A DNA stretch of 62,549 bases, filler included. It is 4 parts of 4 records of this genome, joined end to end, with 100 filler letters (N's around TTAATTAATTAA, not from the genome) between each part and the next. Parts side by side here need not be neighbours in the genome. Positions count along the whole stretch, not along the records: positions 14,465 to 36,925 come from DRR378314_1274; positions 37,026 to 62,549 come from DRR378314_1282; 2 more parts are not named here. One strand, written 5' to 3'. Shown piece after piece: positions 34,801-48,351 of this stretch; position 1 is the stretch's first letter; each line of letters opens with the position of its first letter. The notes below the pieces were generated by a model, which was given only the letters and a program-made list of their open reading frames with translations, made no database searches and was not told where the DNA came from. The position numbers and the translations under genes are program-made.

Positions 34801-36468
34801 ACCACTACGCGCCCTCGTCCTCCTTGGCACAGCGCACGTATGATCACTGCTGCAACCTAAGCTCCCCCCACCCAAACTCGCACAGAGCGCATGATAGGGT
34901 GAAGCACTGCCAGAGACCGTATACATTCGGTTTCTTCAAATGGTTCTTCTTTATCTCGTGGATGTATATTGCTCTCGCCGGCATTTGTACGCAGCCATTC
35001 GTGATGAGGCAACAAGCGCCGCGTGGGCTCGACCATTGAGGCTCAAAAAAATAGTACAGAAATATTTTTTTTTAGCAGCCAGCGAGGCGCTACAGTATTC
35101 GATTCGCAGTGAGCGGGTGGCGTTACTGCGCTCCTTTTACATTCATGGTAGTCAATGTAATACCCCATCGGGCGTGCCTTTGTCCTCAAACGTACGTGCA
35201 CGAGCTCGGGAGCTTGGGCTGTCGATGGTTCCGAAGTGGACGGCGGGCCAGCCTCACTCTTCTCCGCCGCCGTGGGCGGGGCTGTGCTGACATTCACCCA
35301 GTCCGTTCCCGTGTCTTCCTCGCAATCGATAACCGTGACATCCACAAGCGATTGCGTTGTCGCATTAAACTATATTGTTACATCGACAGACGAAAAGAAC
35401 ACGATCTTACGTTGTAAGACAAGGGGCACACCGTGGTCCGGGAAGAAGTACGTGAACGCGCATAATGACGGGACGACTGGCCAAGCGTCCTCCTAGCACA
35501 GGTTAGCACTAGCCGCGCGCAAGCAATGTAGAGAGGCGAACAAAGCCATGTCTGTGCATCATAGAGAAAAAAACGGAGAGAATGCGCATGCCTATACATA
35601 ATTGTAATGCGTAAAATCTTTGGAAAACACCGCGGGAGTCGGCGGCTGAATCGGCGCGCTGACGAGAGCGCCGCACTCGTCTTGCGCACGCGCGGAGCGC
35701 CAGCAGCGTGCGCACACCGTTCAGCACTGCTTCTGGGCGCACCGTAAGCGTCATTCAGTGCACGGTCGCGGTGTCCGCGCAGCGCTTCTAACGCAGACAG
35801 AGAGAAAAAAGTAAAGCAGCCGCAACAGCTGCTACGCCAGCTAGACTGCGCTTACAATCTACACAGCCTTGTAGTGCGCTGGTCACGGATGATACCCGTG
35901 ATCGGTTACGCTGCAGGAGAATGTGCAGCGCGGAACATGGGCGCAGCACCGCCGCGTCTGCGCGGTGCGAAGCACGGACCTGGTAGGGAACAAGGCCGTC
36001 GCGCCGGACGAGCTCGTCCGAGAGATTTGGTTCGAATACGACAAAGTACGGAGTCACCGTTAGCTCTCCAGAAACATGTCGAGCTCCTGTAATACAAAAT
36101 ACAGCAGGAAGCTTCTTGACCCACCGCTTTTTCGGCGACATGACATCGGCAACGCCAAAGCTCCGCGCGCGCTCGAGCACAGTCACAGCAGCAACCTTGG
36201 CCGCCGCCCGTGCGCCGCTGCGCTCGCTGTCCGGCTGCTGTCGCGGTGGAGATGGAGGCGGCGTGTCCGGGACGACCAGTCGCTGTCCCACAAAGAGATT
36301 CGCATCAAAGAGCTGATTAATACGTCGCAATTGCTCGGCCTTTGTCCGAAATCGGAGCGCAAGCCCAGGCAGTGTGTCGCCAGCCTGGACTTGGTACGCG
36401 TGGTGGCCAGGAGGGATCTCGACAGAGCGCGCCGACACTCGTCGCGGCGGGCGAGGAAGACCCTCCAT
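31843..36468 (-). CDS. OXR1: OXR1/NCOA7-like LysM + GRAM/PH-like + TLDc protein (start codon tentative)
   Basis: LysM YQVQAGDTLPGLALRF...LRRINQL..LFVGQRLVVP; GRAM-like HVSGELTVTPYFVVFEPN; TLDc LPARW..DWKLLYSTHKNGISMNT, FGAF...FYGTGETFVF, IGIGGG..YAIRLDNDF..GSSG.CETF, FECWGF. Confidence 0.88.
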
Positions 36469-36925
36469 AGGCCAGCGATGAGCAAACGCTTGCGCCTCGT
36501 GCGCGCGCACCAACGGTATCGAATACTCGACACACTACGCACGCTCTCAAAATTCTACAGATGTTTTTTCTTGTTGGAAAGCGTCCCTGGTATCGGCTCA
36601 CTCTCCAAAGCGGATGCGCGTTGCCCACGGGCGCAGCACTCGCGAGTGAACCTTGCGCAAGCGTGCAGCATCCGCACTGGTGCCGTGAGGCAAGGCGGCC
36701 GGTCAGGAGGAGTAGGGCGGGGTTACGGTGGTGGTCCGCGCACGGGCGAGAGTGCGGAAGCCACGCGGTGACCCGTGTATTTCTCCTGCACGGATCGCGG
36801 CCGAACGCCACCCTGCGGAAGTGCTAACGCACGGGGCTAGGTCATACGCATAACGCAATGCATGTAATCGATCACATTGCATTTCTTTTACTACATATCC
36901 AAAAGGGGCGATCTGGCGCGCGTTG

Positions 36926-37025
36926 NNNNNNNNNNNNNNNNNNNNNNNNNNNNNNNNNNNNNNNNNNNNTTAATTAATTAANNNNNNNNNNNNNNNNNNN
37001 NNNNNNNNNNNNNNNNNNNNNNNNN
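36926..37025. other. Artificial contig linker
   Basis: N44-TTAATTAATTAA-N44. Confidence 0.97.
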
Positions 37026-37055
37026 AACAACAAAAACAAAAACAAAAACAAAAAC
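37026..37055. repeat. (CAAAAA)n short tandem repeat at contig start
   Basis: caaaaacaaaaacaaaaacaaaaac next to the gap, inside a urocanase intron. Confidence 0.8.
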
Positions 37056-37285
37056 CCGTCGCTTGAAAAATTGATCATTTCAAAAAAAATCTTTTGTGCA
37101 GTGGAATTAAACGCCAACAAACAGAAGCATATGCGAGACCAGCGTTGACAAAACCATGCAAACGCAGCGTGTACATGTCACATCAAGCAACGAAGACCAG
37201 TCATCCACTACCGAACCAAGAAATGAGAGGATCGGAGAGATAGCCAACACGGAGAGAGAATGACACGCTGTATCCACATTCATAC

Positions 37286-38280
37286 CTGTGGGTCCAAGTT
37301 GTTCATAATCATGAGCATAATGGTTGCTGCCTGTCTTGACCGAGCTGGGTACGAGTCGAGTGGAAATGCACGCATCGGAAACTCACGCGGGCGGAAGCGG
37401 TGCATGTAGATATGACCGTAGGTATCGAGCTCGCGGGCAAACTCCGGCGCAAGTTCCTGCAAAACAAGAGCGATAGACCCCACGTATGTGATATAAGTGT
37501 TCATTGCTTGACTACAGTGTCCTCGTATTATCTCCTGCTAACGGCATGTGCGCAAGTGGGGAGAAGTATAGAGGCACGACTGGAGAATGCGAGGCGCTCC
37601 TCCCAAATGCAGCAAGCACAAGCCAACGCGATCGGCCTGCCCGCCTACGAAAGCTCGACTCATCTCGCACCACAAGCACAAACACGCCATCATGCAACCT
37701 TGGGCAACACGCACCTCATGTACAGAAGATGGAAAATACCGGAGGGCATTGGCTAGAGCCAATTCCCGATCCGCTGCAGATAAGTTTGGCCTCCTCGGCG
37801 GCGCGTGCGGAACGCTTGTGTCAAGCTCCGTGTATGACGACGGCGGGAGAGCGTCAACAGGGATCCCCTACAACAGGTCCACGCATCGGACCAAGCGCTG
37901 CCAGTGTAAGCGTGTAGATGCTGAGCATTTCCTTCGTCGCGTCTCTATCGTCGAAGGTGGAATCAGAAATGGTGAACGCGAGACGAACTCGCGCCGCACC
38001 CGCTTTTCCTGCGCTCGAGCGCGTGCGTGGCGGCACAGCGAGGAACGCCGGCGACCGCACGCGCTCCGCAGCGCAGCAGCACACGACGTGCAGCGCTCCC
38101 AACGTCCAGCAAGAACTCCATCGCACCGCCCAGAAAAAATAGATGTGATCTGGGTGCGCCACTGACCTGGGAAAGAATAGTACGCAAGCGAGATTCGATA
38201 CCAACGTCGAGGGAAAGAGACGCATCCGCCTGCCCCGCAGCAGCTTCTGCCGCGGGAACTTCCTCGTACGTACGAGACAT
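37286..38280 (-). CDS. UROC1: Urocanate hydratase, eukaryotic long type, first three exons only
   Basis: Exons 38280-38167, 37867-37715, 37456-37286: QGIP...VPHAPPRRPNLS..DRELALANALRYFP..HEELAPEFARELDTYGHIYMHRFRP...MRAFP...YPARSRQAATIMLMIMNNLDP. Confidence 0.93.
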
Positions 38281-40488
38281 GGCCGGTAGCAGTGAGGAAC
38301 GAGGCTGCGGAAACGTCGGCGTCAGACAAGCGCAGGATATTGCCTGCGCGCGCAAAGAACACCGCACTTTTGTGTTAGAACGCCAGAAAAGCACAAGACA
38401 CATTCATAATTAAGTTCGCCTGTCTCACTTGAGGCAAGCTTGTGCAGCCCTCCCGCAAGAGCAGAGCTCTCACTCGCGGTACCGAAGAGGAGTTGCGCAC
38501 GCTTGCCGATCAAAAGACGAAGTGCACACAGGCGCCCGCAGAGCGCAGTAACAGGCGCCTGCAGAAAAAAACGGTTAACTTAGAATGAACACCCATCCTC
38601 GCAATGCGTATCTCGACAGGTTTACTTCCTTTGTGGTAATACATTTGTGAGCAATGGCAAGCGGCGAAAGAATCCGGCATATACGATCATATGAAAGCCC
38701 GGCCGCAGACGCGACTGCACTGCGTGCTGGCTGCAGCAGATCGTTTCTGGGAAGCGCACCCAAGCGCGTGAAACGCCATGCAATAGGAGAACAGCAGAAA
38801 AGGGAAGGGAAACGCCACTGAAACGCCCCAGGTGAGTACACGATGTTTACAAGGCAGTAGGAGTGCTACAGAGAGCGAATTTGTATCCAAAGCGGTAGAG
38901 CAACAACGGACCTTGCACAGCAACGAAAGACGTGAGAAATAGGAATTCCTGACGGTCCTCGCGCTGATCGGATCGCGAAAAGCAGTCACTGCGGGAGACG
39001 GAGCGGCGTTTCCTAATTTTCCTCGAAAACGTCCTTGCACCGTATCGGGGCGCTTTGGATCAAAAGCATACACAAGGCAAGCGCGCCCGTTCTGGAGAAC
39101 ACGACACACACATGGCACGTGTTTTACTTCTATCTTCTTGTCAATTTCAATAGTTTACATACACTGCATTTTGATGATTACTTTATCCTGTCAAATGGCT
39201 CAGTCACACTGAAAACCGGAGCAAACAGCAACGCACCGGCACGAAGCGGGCCAGCGTCTGCGCTAACAAAGAAGCGTACGTTTGTTTGCCGCCAGGGTTA
39301 CGGAAAAGGAGCATCTTATAAATATTGACAGCGTCCGTACGTCATTCCTCATTCTTCTGCAGTCCTGCATGTGAAGATACTAGCAGATCATGATCATGAT
39401 CGCAACACACGGGGCAAACGTTTTGCGCTGCCAGGGACCCAGACGTGCTGACGAAAGCGCAAGACCGCTGTCCGCGCCCTGTCAGCGCGGCCGCAGGGCC
39501 AACTGTGGCCCTCGCCGGCAGGCACCACCTCGGAGGCGTCCGCGTCAGCGCGCCGACACTTGCGCTCGAGCACATTAGAGTTCTGCGTTGCCCCTCTTCT
39601 TCGAGAGCGCCCCGCCAGCGAGACCCGCAATCCCTTTTCGCCGTCCCAATGGTCGCACGAACTGGAGCAGACGTGCACTCGTCACGCCCCAAGCGCCTTG
39701 CATTGCGCAAGATCCTTGGCGTGCAGTCTGACAACGCGTACGTTGTGTGCGCATTCGCTGATTCATGGTTTTATTTACGTACTTGAAATATGCAATTAGC
39801 GAGGCGAGAGAACAACCGGCCGCTGATGGGGCACACGGCAAGAGCGGCAATGGCCACAGTTGGAAGGCTGCTGCAGGAGGAAAGCAGCGACCTGTGCTGG
39901 CCCACGTCTGCCACCTCGCACCTAAAGTACCACAAGGGCATTCCACCAGCACACCAAGCGTTGCACGTCTCGATCTACAAAGTAGCGGAACGCGCTCTCC
40001 CGTTTATAGTCTGAATAGTATGTATGCCAAGGCGGTGTGGGCTACCTCGTCCTTCGAAGTACATCGTAGCGCTTTCAGATATTCCTGCCAGCGTGCGCCT
40101 ACCAGGGCCAGAGCGGGGCCGCCTACGGCAACTCTCACACGCTCCACGTGCTCCCCACCTCACATCAGGGCGTACTTCGCAGCAATGCTTTCGTGAATCC
40201 GAGGCATTTATCCCCATAATTATAATCGCAGTACCTTGTCATTACTTAATTTCTCACAAAGCATTCGCGTCTGAGCGCAGCCCGGCGGCCTATTATGGGA
40301 CATTGCTTCGGCACACCGCCTCTCCAAAACAACGCGGAGCCGACTGCGAAAGAATAGAAAAGGGCACCAACAACACCCAGCAGCGTGATTTGCAGCTCGG
40401 CAGCGATCGAACTGCCGACTTAGGACACAACTAAAAATTACAAGAGAGGAGAACGTGAAACTTCTCAAAGCTTACTTGGATTCTGATC

Positions 40489-41215
40489 GTGTCGGACTTG
40501 CCACGGTCAACTGCTGCGAACAGAGCGTGGCTTGTCCTCTCCGCTATTGTAGCAGTACTCGTACTGACGTTTTTCCGTGAGGAGTCAAGCGGTGTGCTTA
40601 CGGGCGCGGATCTCACGGGCATTAAGGCCAAAGGCCTCAAACTTCGGGATCAGGAGATGTACGGAGCGGTACGTATCTCTGAAGAGCATGTTGCTACTTT
40701 CAACTCCTTCGAATATCCACTGTTCTCGCGATGTATGCTTCTGGTATAGGCAATCGGTGATTGGGGCTTCATGAGCTGCCTGTTCATGCACGATCCTCCT
40801 TTCGGTACTCCTGGAAACGCAGGCAGCGGCTCAGTTCGCACGCATCGTCGCTTTCGACCCAACCAACAACGAAGTACGCGAGCTGTTGGCCCACTCCCTG
40901 TTCAAGGCTGGGAGCTTCGAAGATGCTTTTCGCGAGTACAAAGCTCTCACGGAATCGCGCACAGAGGACGCGCAGCTCTTCAAGGCGCTCGGGAAAGTAG
41001 CTTTTGCTGCGCGCCGGTTTGAAGACGCAGTGGAATCGTTCCAGACGGCGGCGGAGCTAGCTCCAGACAACCGCTCTATGTTTGACGATATGATCCGAGT
41101 GACTAAAAAGGAGAAGAAAGAATATGAAAAGCGCAAGCGTGATCGTCAGCAAGCAGCTGAGAGCGCGCAGAGCGAGGAGGAGGTTGACGCCGATATGGAA
41201 GAGATTATCCAGTAG
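40489..41215 (+). CDS. TPR-repeat protein with an N-terminal hydrophobic anchor (5' end unresolved)
   Basis: Hydrophobic AWLVLSAIVAVLVLTFF, donor after 40668, exon 40823-41215 with TPR patterns (AAAQFARIVAFDPTN, LAHSLFKAGSFEDA, LGKVAFAARRFEDAVESFQTAAELAPDN), then a charged tail. Confidence 0.65.
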
Positions 41216-41966
41216 GGTGCTCCCGTACGAGAAGCGCCCTATTTTTCTCACAAGGACGAATCCCCACACGCGCAAACGAATCACTTCAATGGGAGCGCGG
41301 TATGATTTCATTTCTAATATGTGGTGAGAAGCCCTACTGAAGTTGCTCCAGATGTGAGTTTTCCTTTCTTTTTCAAAAGGCGACGACGCTCTGCGCAAAC
41401 TACCAGACTCGCCTTTCCCAACTGTGCAACGAGGGACATCGCCTTGCGCTAGGCTTCGTGCGTCCGCAAAAATGGCACGGGAAAGAGATTATTGTCTCTG
41501 ATGCAATTGTGCGAGTATCTGCGCATGAGAGAGTCTATGTTTCCAGCCAGATGTACCCAATACAATCCACGATGAGAACAGCAGCGAAAAAACCGCCGTT
41601 CATGTGCCCCTCACGCGCGCACCACGGCTGCGCAACGTACGTTCGCACTGAATACCAACACTGGACCTCCCAAGGGTAGCACAATTCTTGCACACATATG
41701 CATTCATTTGTCACATAATTTTGCCACTACTCCAGCACTGCGCGAAAAGGATGAGCGAGAAAACGTCCACGCAATCCAAAACACGCCAGACGGATCAGCT
41801 TGAAGCCCACGGAAGACTCGAATTTTCCACATCGCGCAACTCTCGGAAGCAAATGAGAAATTACGCCGCGCGCTTCATTTCCAAGCTGCAAAAACGAATC
41901 GACAAGTACAAACGAAGAAGAGCGCAACGATAGCGAAAAGAGCCAAGTGAGTAGCGAATCAACCAT

Positions 41967-44225
41967 TCATACGCGCGAACTTCTCTCCCTGGGACCCGCA
42001 CCCCATGGATGTCCTCAACAAGGTCGTTGCAGAGGGTGCCCGTGTGCCGGACAGCGGGGGGGGGCGGAACCAGCGACATACCCCTTCGTTTCCGTCAAGT
42101 TGAGCATAAGCGAATCCGCGCTCAGGTAAAGCTTGTTCGCACCACGGGCGACGGTGCGGGCGATGCGGCGCGCGGCCTCCATGCGGCTGCAGGGTGCACA
42201 CCGTGCAACACGACGGGGCGATCACGGAGTCAATTCACGAGGACGGTGAGCCCGCGGCACAGCTAGAAACAAGCGCTCCCAGGAGCGAATAGAGCAGCCA
42301 TGCAAACTGAACACGCGGCATTCTTGGAGCGGTAGCAGGTTTCCGCATCCAAGAATACGTGCGATTATTATTTCCATATGAGAAAACAAAAGGAAAACGC
42401 GCACAAAAATAGCATATCCTTCACCTTTTGCATGGGACGCAGGTGACGTGCGATATACATGATGATCGACATGTGCAGCGCTATGGAACCAAAAAAATAT
42501 ATGTTAATCAGCACCCTACGACGCACCGAAGCTCCAAGAATCCTGGGTTCTCCTTGACAGCTTGACCGACGAGCTCAGCGGCTTTCGCTTCACCTTGCGC
42601 GCGGATAACCGTCGATTTCTTATCCTGAATGGCTTTATCGACAATGTAGCGGGCACGCTCTGCGTCTTGCTGCGCCACCTGCTTTGCTTCGACAGCCGCC
42701 GTGTACTCGGGCGAGAAGGAAAGCTCCGTGATTGAAACATCATCGAGCAGAATATTGAAATCACGAGCGCGGTCCACAAGATTTCTCCGTACCATACGCG
42801 ACACCTACAACAGACCGATCACAGAGAGCACAGGCCGCTTCAGGGTTAGCGCGTACCGACGCCTGCAAGAATATACGACGGAATATTCTCTTCATCGCAA
42901 ATAGCAATCGCACTGCAACATTGGGATGCGCAAGTAAGCTCTTGGATGCGCGTGCACACCTCTTGCTGTACACGCGCGCTTCGCGCGCCTCCCTGCCAGT
43001 GCGGCACAGTGCGAACGCGCAGCATACCTGCTCACGCTGCGTAATCAGCTGCGACGCGTTGAACTGCGCGACGACCGCTTTGACAACCTCGTTCACAATG
43101 GAAGGCAACACCCGCTCATCGTAGTCGGTTCCAAGTGTACGATACATCTGCGCAAGCTGGTTCGGGTCCGGCTTCGAGAGTACACGAATCGTGATGTTCA
43201 CCATTTGCAGATCTAGAGAAGGGCAGCGGCACCAGAAACCAATTTGGGGAGTGACGGTATTTGAATCAGCGATGTACAGGGCGCGGCCACTTTCATGCTT
43301 CCAGCTACAACGCGGCGATTGCATCTCTCACTACAAACGAGACAGGACAGCGTCATGCGTACGTTGCAAGATGAGACCCAAGAGAATATGTAGCACCGCG
43401 TGCGCCCGAGGCCGTGGGACCCCCTCGGGACGAGACGCACTTGGCGCTCCGACGAGTCAAAAAGAAAAGGCTGCGAGTATATCACGATGCCACGTACCGC
43501 GGCTTCCCGTCAACGAGCGCAGCTGGCGGGGGCGAGTCCTGATGTCATAGATGATAGGGCGTTCTAGCCAAGGGAACTTGAAATGCGTTCCTTCCGCGAA
43601 AACGCGATCTCCCAAACCGGTCAAGCGGTTGAAGATAACCGCTCGGTGACCACCATCGACTGTACAGCGATGAACGTTTGGCAAAACAGGAAACCACAAA
43701 GCACCATGTGCACACCCCTGTGAGTACAATAGGTTACGTGTTCTCACACTCACACGTGCGTGTCCTGTCGCACTCCCCCCTTCCAACGCCCCAGGCGAAG
43801 TGAGGAAAACTACTTGCCAATGTTTGCAACAAAAACTGAAAAAGAAACATGCGAAGTTACGGGCAGCCGCTATCACGGAACACCGGCCACTGCGTACGCG
43901 TTACAGGGCCTTTTGGCGAGATCGCGCCACGCACTGCAACCAAGCAACGCTTGTTGCAGCCACACGTGATAAGTACGCGGGAGGGAGGAACAAGGAACGA
44001 TACGTGGCAAACCCGTGGCAAACAACGTAGATACAGTCGATTCTTGATCTATCAAAGAGGCAAGTGTACACAGAAAGTGCCCGATAACGGGCCCGGATGC
44101 CTGTTGAACGCACCATTGTACAGCCCGTGGCGAGCGAACAAGACCACGCCACCAACAGCGGCACCGCCAAGAAGAAGCGAGCGCGCTGCGGAGCCCGAAA
44201 GGGAGAGCTTTGGAATCTGCGCCAT
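41967..44225 (-). CDS. PHB2: Prohibitin-2
   Basis: ATG 44225, [16 protein letters not shown], then [30 protein letters not shown]...[71 protein letters not shown]...[12 protein letters not shown]. The last micro-exon is tentative. Confidence 0.93.
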
Positions 44226-46143
44226 GGACGCAATACGCTGCCTGCCGCACAACAATTGGCGGAGAAGAGTGCGCACACCACAAAGAAAAAAGTAAGCAGC
44301 GAGACCAAGATTGAAGAAACGGCAAGATAAGGGGTCACCAGTTACCTCTGCGCAGGACACTTCGCGCACAGCGCCCAGGAGCTGGCATGTCCAAGCTCTG
44401 TGCCTGCGTGTGCGCTGGCCAGCCGTTCGGGAGGGTATGCCGTGCATTCCCTCCTGCAGGCGCAACCACCGATGCCCAGCAGAGAAGAAAAGACACCCGC
44501 ATCAACATATCGATGCCTTTTAACACAGCTATCAGCATAAAAAGTACGGGGCTCCGCCGAGGAAAAGGAAGGTGCCACGTCAGAACAGCACCAGCAACGC
44601 CGGTGCTGGCTGCCCCACTTCATCTACAAAGCGTACGAGCAGCTTACCAGAAGCAGCGCAGAACACAACCGTTACCACAGCAGCACCCGCACAACTTTTC
44701 GCGGACCTAAAGCAGCGATGATTCTGTGAAGCTCCTGCTAAGGATACTGCACAAGAGGACTGCATCGCGGCAAGCTGCGGACAGTGTGCGGCAAAGTGAA
44801 CAACAAGGGACAGCGTTCCCGAGGCACTTGCAAGCGACGCATCAGCAACGCAGCCCTGCAAGGTCTCTGTACGCGACGACGGCGCCGGCTTATGCCCTCG
44901 CTGACAGCAACACGTACGCCAGACACATAACGAGTCTGCACAAATACGAGTGCAAACTTTGCTTTACTGCTATGGTGGAAACAAAACTGCGTGGCAAGAG
45001 CGTGCGTGCTCTCAGAGAACAGAGTCGCGAGCAAGTCGTGCTCGCACTGCACAGCGCGACGCTTGCGCTGCACAAGAAGGCGGGGCAGCGCGTGGACACG
45101 CACACGACAACCAGCAGCCGAGGCTCGCACGAAGCGAGCACAAAGCCCAAGGAGCATCTCGCACCGCACGTTGCATTTTCTGCATACGCACATGGCTGTG
45201 GATGATATTACAAATGTAAGTCGCCATGTACACCGGCTACCCAAAGAGCTCGCGGCGACAAGCGGGACGACCTGGCGCGCGCGTGGCTTTGCTTGCATCA
45301 CGGCGGCAGCAAGCGCGCAGCAAGGGGCCCGGAGCTGCACTTCGCCACGCTCGTGCGCAGAACGTGCATTTGTGCGGCAAGCAAGCAGCAGCTACCTCCC
45401 CGATACCCCCTCTTTTGCCACGAATACCAAAGTATGCGGTGGGAATCATTCCACTTCCACCACAGTGACTGTAACAAATACGCCATATACGAGCTGCGAC
45501 ACGGTACTAGATCTACTGCTTCCCGTAGGCGCTACGCAGAGACGCAGCGCGGCGCTCGCAGCGCAAACGGAGCGGGCGCGCGTGTGAGCTTGGAGCACGC
45601 ACGGAGGCACGCGAAACCGAGGAGACACCAATGCAGAAGCGCTCGCCTGCAAATGCCTGCGCTTGCGAAGACTTGCACTTTTCACTCGTCGCAAAGCACC
45701 ACGGGTTGGTCTACTTCGTCCAACGGCTACTACACGCAACCCTTCGGGCGCACTCTGCTGCCACGCCGGCCACAAGACGACCCTGCGAGAAACGCTGCAT
45801 CACACACCTGTCTGCTTGGGAAGCGTCGAGAGAGCCAGAGAAACTCGATATCGAACGCCGCCCACCGCTGGGACACGACACACTCGCTGCCCGGAAGCTT
45901 GGCAGGAGCGACGAGGGAGGATTCACTTACTCCTTGCCAGGAATGGCAAGTTTAACAAAGCGATATACACTGCATGCCTTTACATTGTATGGACTGGATA
46001 CATAGGAACGTCAATTCATACATTGTCTATAATCAAGAATGATATAATACACCGGCTCTCAGCTAGGGTTGCTCATGCTGGCCGGTGTGAGCGAGTGTGT
46101 GATGCGCCTCGCTTTGAAGCACCGCAAGCAGTTTCTTCTCAGG

Positions 46144-48030
46144 ATGGCGGAAGCGTCCGGTCTGGAGGACTTTTACGTTCGGTACTAGTATGTTTGCAAA
46201 GCGAATGCGGCGCGACTGCTTTTCTCTCGCGCAGCGATCACGATTCCACAGGCTGTCGAATAGGAATGAGCGTCCTACAATATAGTTAATATTCTTCCCT
46301 ATTGCACACCAGTGCCCCAAGAATCGATTGCTCGGTGCGGAGGAGCCTGTCTCTCGGTCCCGCCCTTGAAGAGTTTTGCTATCCTGCTCGTAGTAGAAAC
46401 AGACGAATTGCCCTGCGACAGCAAATAGAGCAGAGCGAGGCTGTTGATATTCTTGTAATACCGCTAACATGTTGTATGTAATCTGAGAGGTATATGGTTC
46501 GCAACTGCGCAGCAGCGGCTCTGTGGGCCTCGTTTTTTTCCAGTGAGAAGTCGTAGAACGGTAGCGAAAGACGCACAGCGCAGCTTGGCCAAGAAGACTT
46601 GTGCGCGCCACTTTCTCCGGGTTGCAAACGCTCCCTTTCTCTTTTGTCTCCGTGACGATACATTCCCAAGTGCCCGGTTCCGCTTTTCTGTCAGATAAAA
46701 TGCGAATGATATTCATCTTTTCTCGTGCGTGATCTATCTGTATATATATTCTTGATAGGGTGCCTTCCAAAACCGTCGCGTATACGCGTAGTACTAAGGC
46801 ACATTCTGCCTCCTCCTGCACGTTTCGTGTGCTTGCGGCAACTCACTGCAGCTCGGGCCACAAGGGAAAGTTCGGCCATGAGTTCCTCGAGTTTGAGTTC
46901 CGCCCCGATGGAAAGCTCCGCTATGTGAATAACTCGAACTACAAGAATGATCGGATGATCCGTAAGGAAGGTATGAGCTTCGTGAATGCGCTATTTCCCT
47001 GCGGCGCAAGCAACTTGGCAGCGTACCGGCTATCGCGCGCTTCCTGAAAGGACGCGCGAGCTGTGGCACCGAGCGCAGGGGCCCGCACGCAGGCAACTCT
47101 TTCTTTGTCGGCCAAAGCAAAATCTTGCTGCGCGCGCTCTTGCAGCCATCCTGTTATCACGCTAGACAAATGCGAAGGAGTACAAATTGTTCCAATCAGT
47201 AGCGTTGCAATCGTGACTTTGCCCATGTGAGAAGCTCCTAGGATCGAGAGCGCGGTAACGAGAGAACGGGCCCGAGCGCCAGCTCCCTGCGCGACTGGAG
47301 CTTTGCGCATCTTTTTTGGATGTAGCCAAGGCGCGCAGCGGGCTGTTCGGTCGCGCTTTCCACAAAGGTCGCCAACTCTGGCCTTTTCTCACGTTGCCTC
47401 CACGACAACCGTTTCCTTGTAGCCTTTGTGAGTCAGACGGTTCTTGCAGAGGTGAAACGGATCATTGAGAACAGTGAAGTGCTCAAGGAAGATGATAACC
47501 TTTGGCCGCAGCCCGATCGCGTGGGACGTCAGGAACTCGAGGTCGTCGCGGGTGACAAGCACATCTCCTTTGTGGTGCGTTGTATTTCCTTGGCTTGTAG
47601 GCGCTTTGCCAGAAAAAATGACCTCGGGAACTCTGCTTTGCCTGTATTTCTATATCATATCAGCAATACGTGTGGAAATCAGGTGGCTATTGTATCCACT
47701 TTGTGTTTTCGCGCGCGGGACCGGATGCCGTTTGCGGTGGGCTTGTTTTCGTCGACGGATTCTTTGCCGACGCGCCGGAGCGCGGCACATAGCGCGACAA
47801 TGCGGCTCGCATTCCCTTCCAGACTCCTTGCGCTGCTCCTCACATGTCGCTGCTGCACTTTCCGTGAAAAATATTACTGCCGTGTGCAGACCGCAAAGAT
47901 CGGATCGGTTCTTGACGTGCAAAACAGCAAGGACCCCGAGGGCCTGCGTGTGTTCTACTACCTCATCCAAGACCTTCGTTGCCTCGTGTTCTCGCTCATC
48001 GGCCTGCACTTCAAAATCAAGCCGATCTAA
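46144..48030 (+). CDS. MAGOH: Mago nashi (exon junction complex)
   Basis: Exons 46144-46187, 46852-46970, 47423-47574, 47890-48030: [39 protein letters not shown]...[13 protein letters not shown]...[32 protein letters not shown]. Confidence 0.97.
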
Positions 48031-48351
48031 TTGGATGCGAAGAAGAGAGAAGCGTTGTACACATGCAAGCGATGGAGAGTGCCTGCAAAGACCGCTGCTT
48101 CTGTTTCTGTTATGAATGACTGCTTGTTTGCTTGCTTGTTTTCGGGAGCGCCGTGCGAACCACTTGCCTCCCGTCTCGCACTGGCCGACGACCCGCGCCA
48201 GCTCGCAGCGTTCCCGAGCGTAGAAACCCAAATTCCACTGTTTTCCCAAGACGAGGTAAATTTGGAGATGTATGAGCTTGCGAGAGTTTCTCCCATAGCA
48301 CGCTCGCTTGGCGCAACAATCCCCGCTCGGAAGTGCACCAAAGCCGGAAAT

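Noticed and set aside
5572-37025. Recurring TTAATTAATTAA palindrome as a biological repeat, CRISPR repeat or insertion site
   Set aside because: Always centred in exactly 44+44 Ns and encodes stops in all six frames, so it is an assembly linker.
38400-40300. Possible additional spliced gene between UROC1 and the TPR gene
   Set aside because: Donor and acceptor-like sites exist, but I could not build a phase-consistent, recognisable protein; left uncalled.
44726-45205. YECKLC motif suggesting an SF3A2-like zinc finger
   Set aside because: The flanking residues and downstream His ligands do not match, and no supporting exon structure was found.
46063-46821. 252-aa minus-strand ORF as a nested gene
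   Set aside because: It overlaps Mago nashi exon 1 and intron 1 in antisense, starts at a non-ATG codon and has no convincing family motif.
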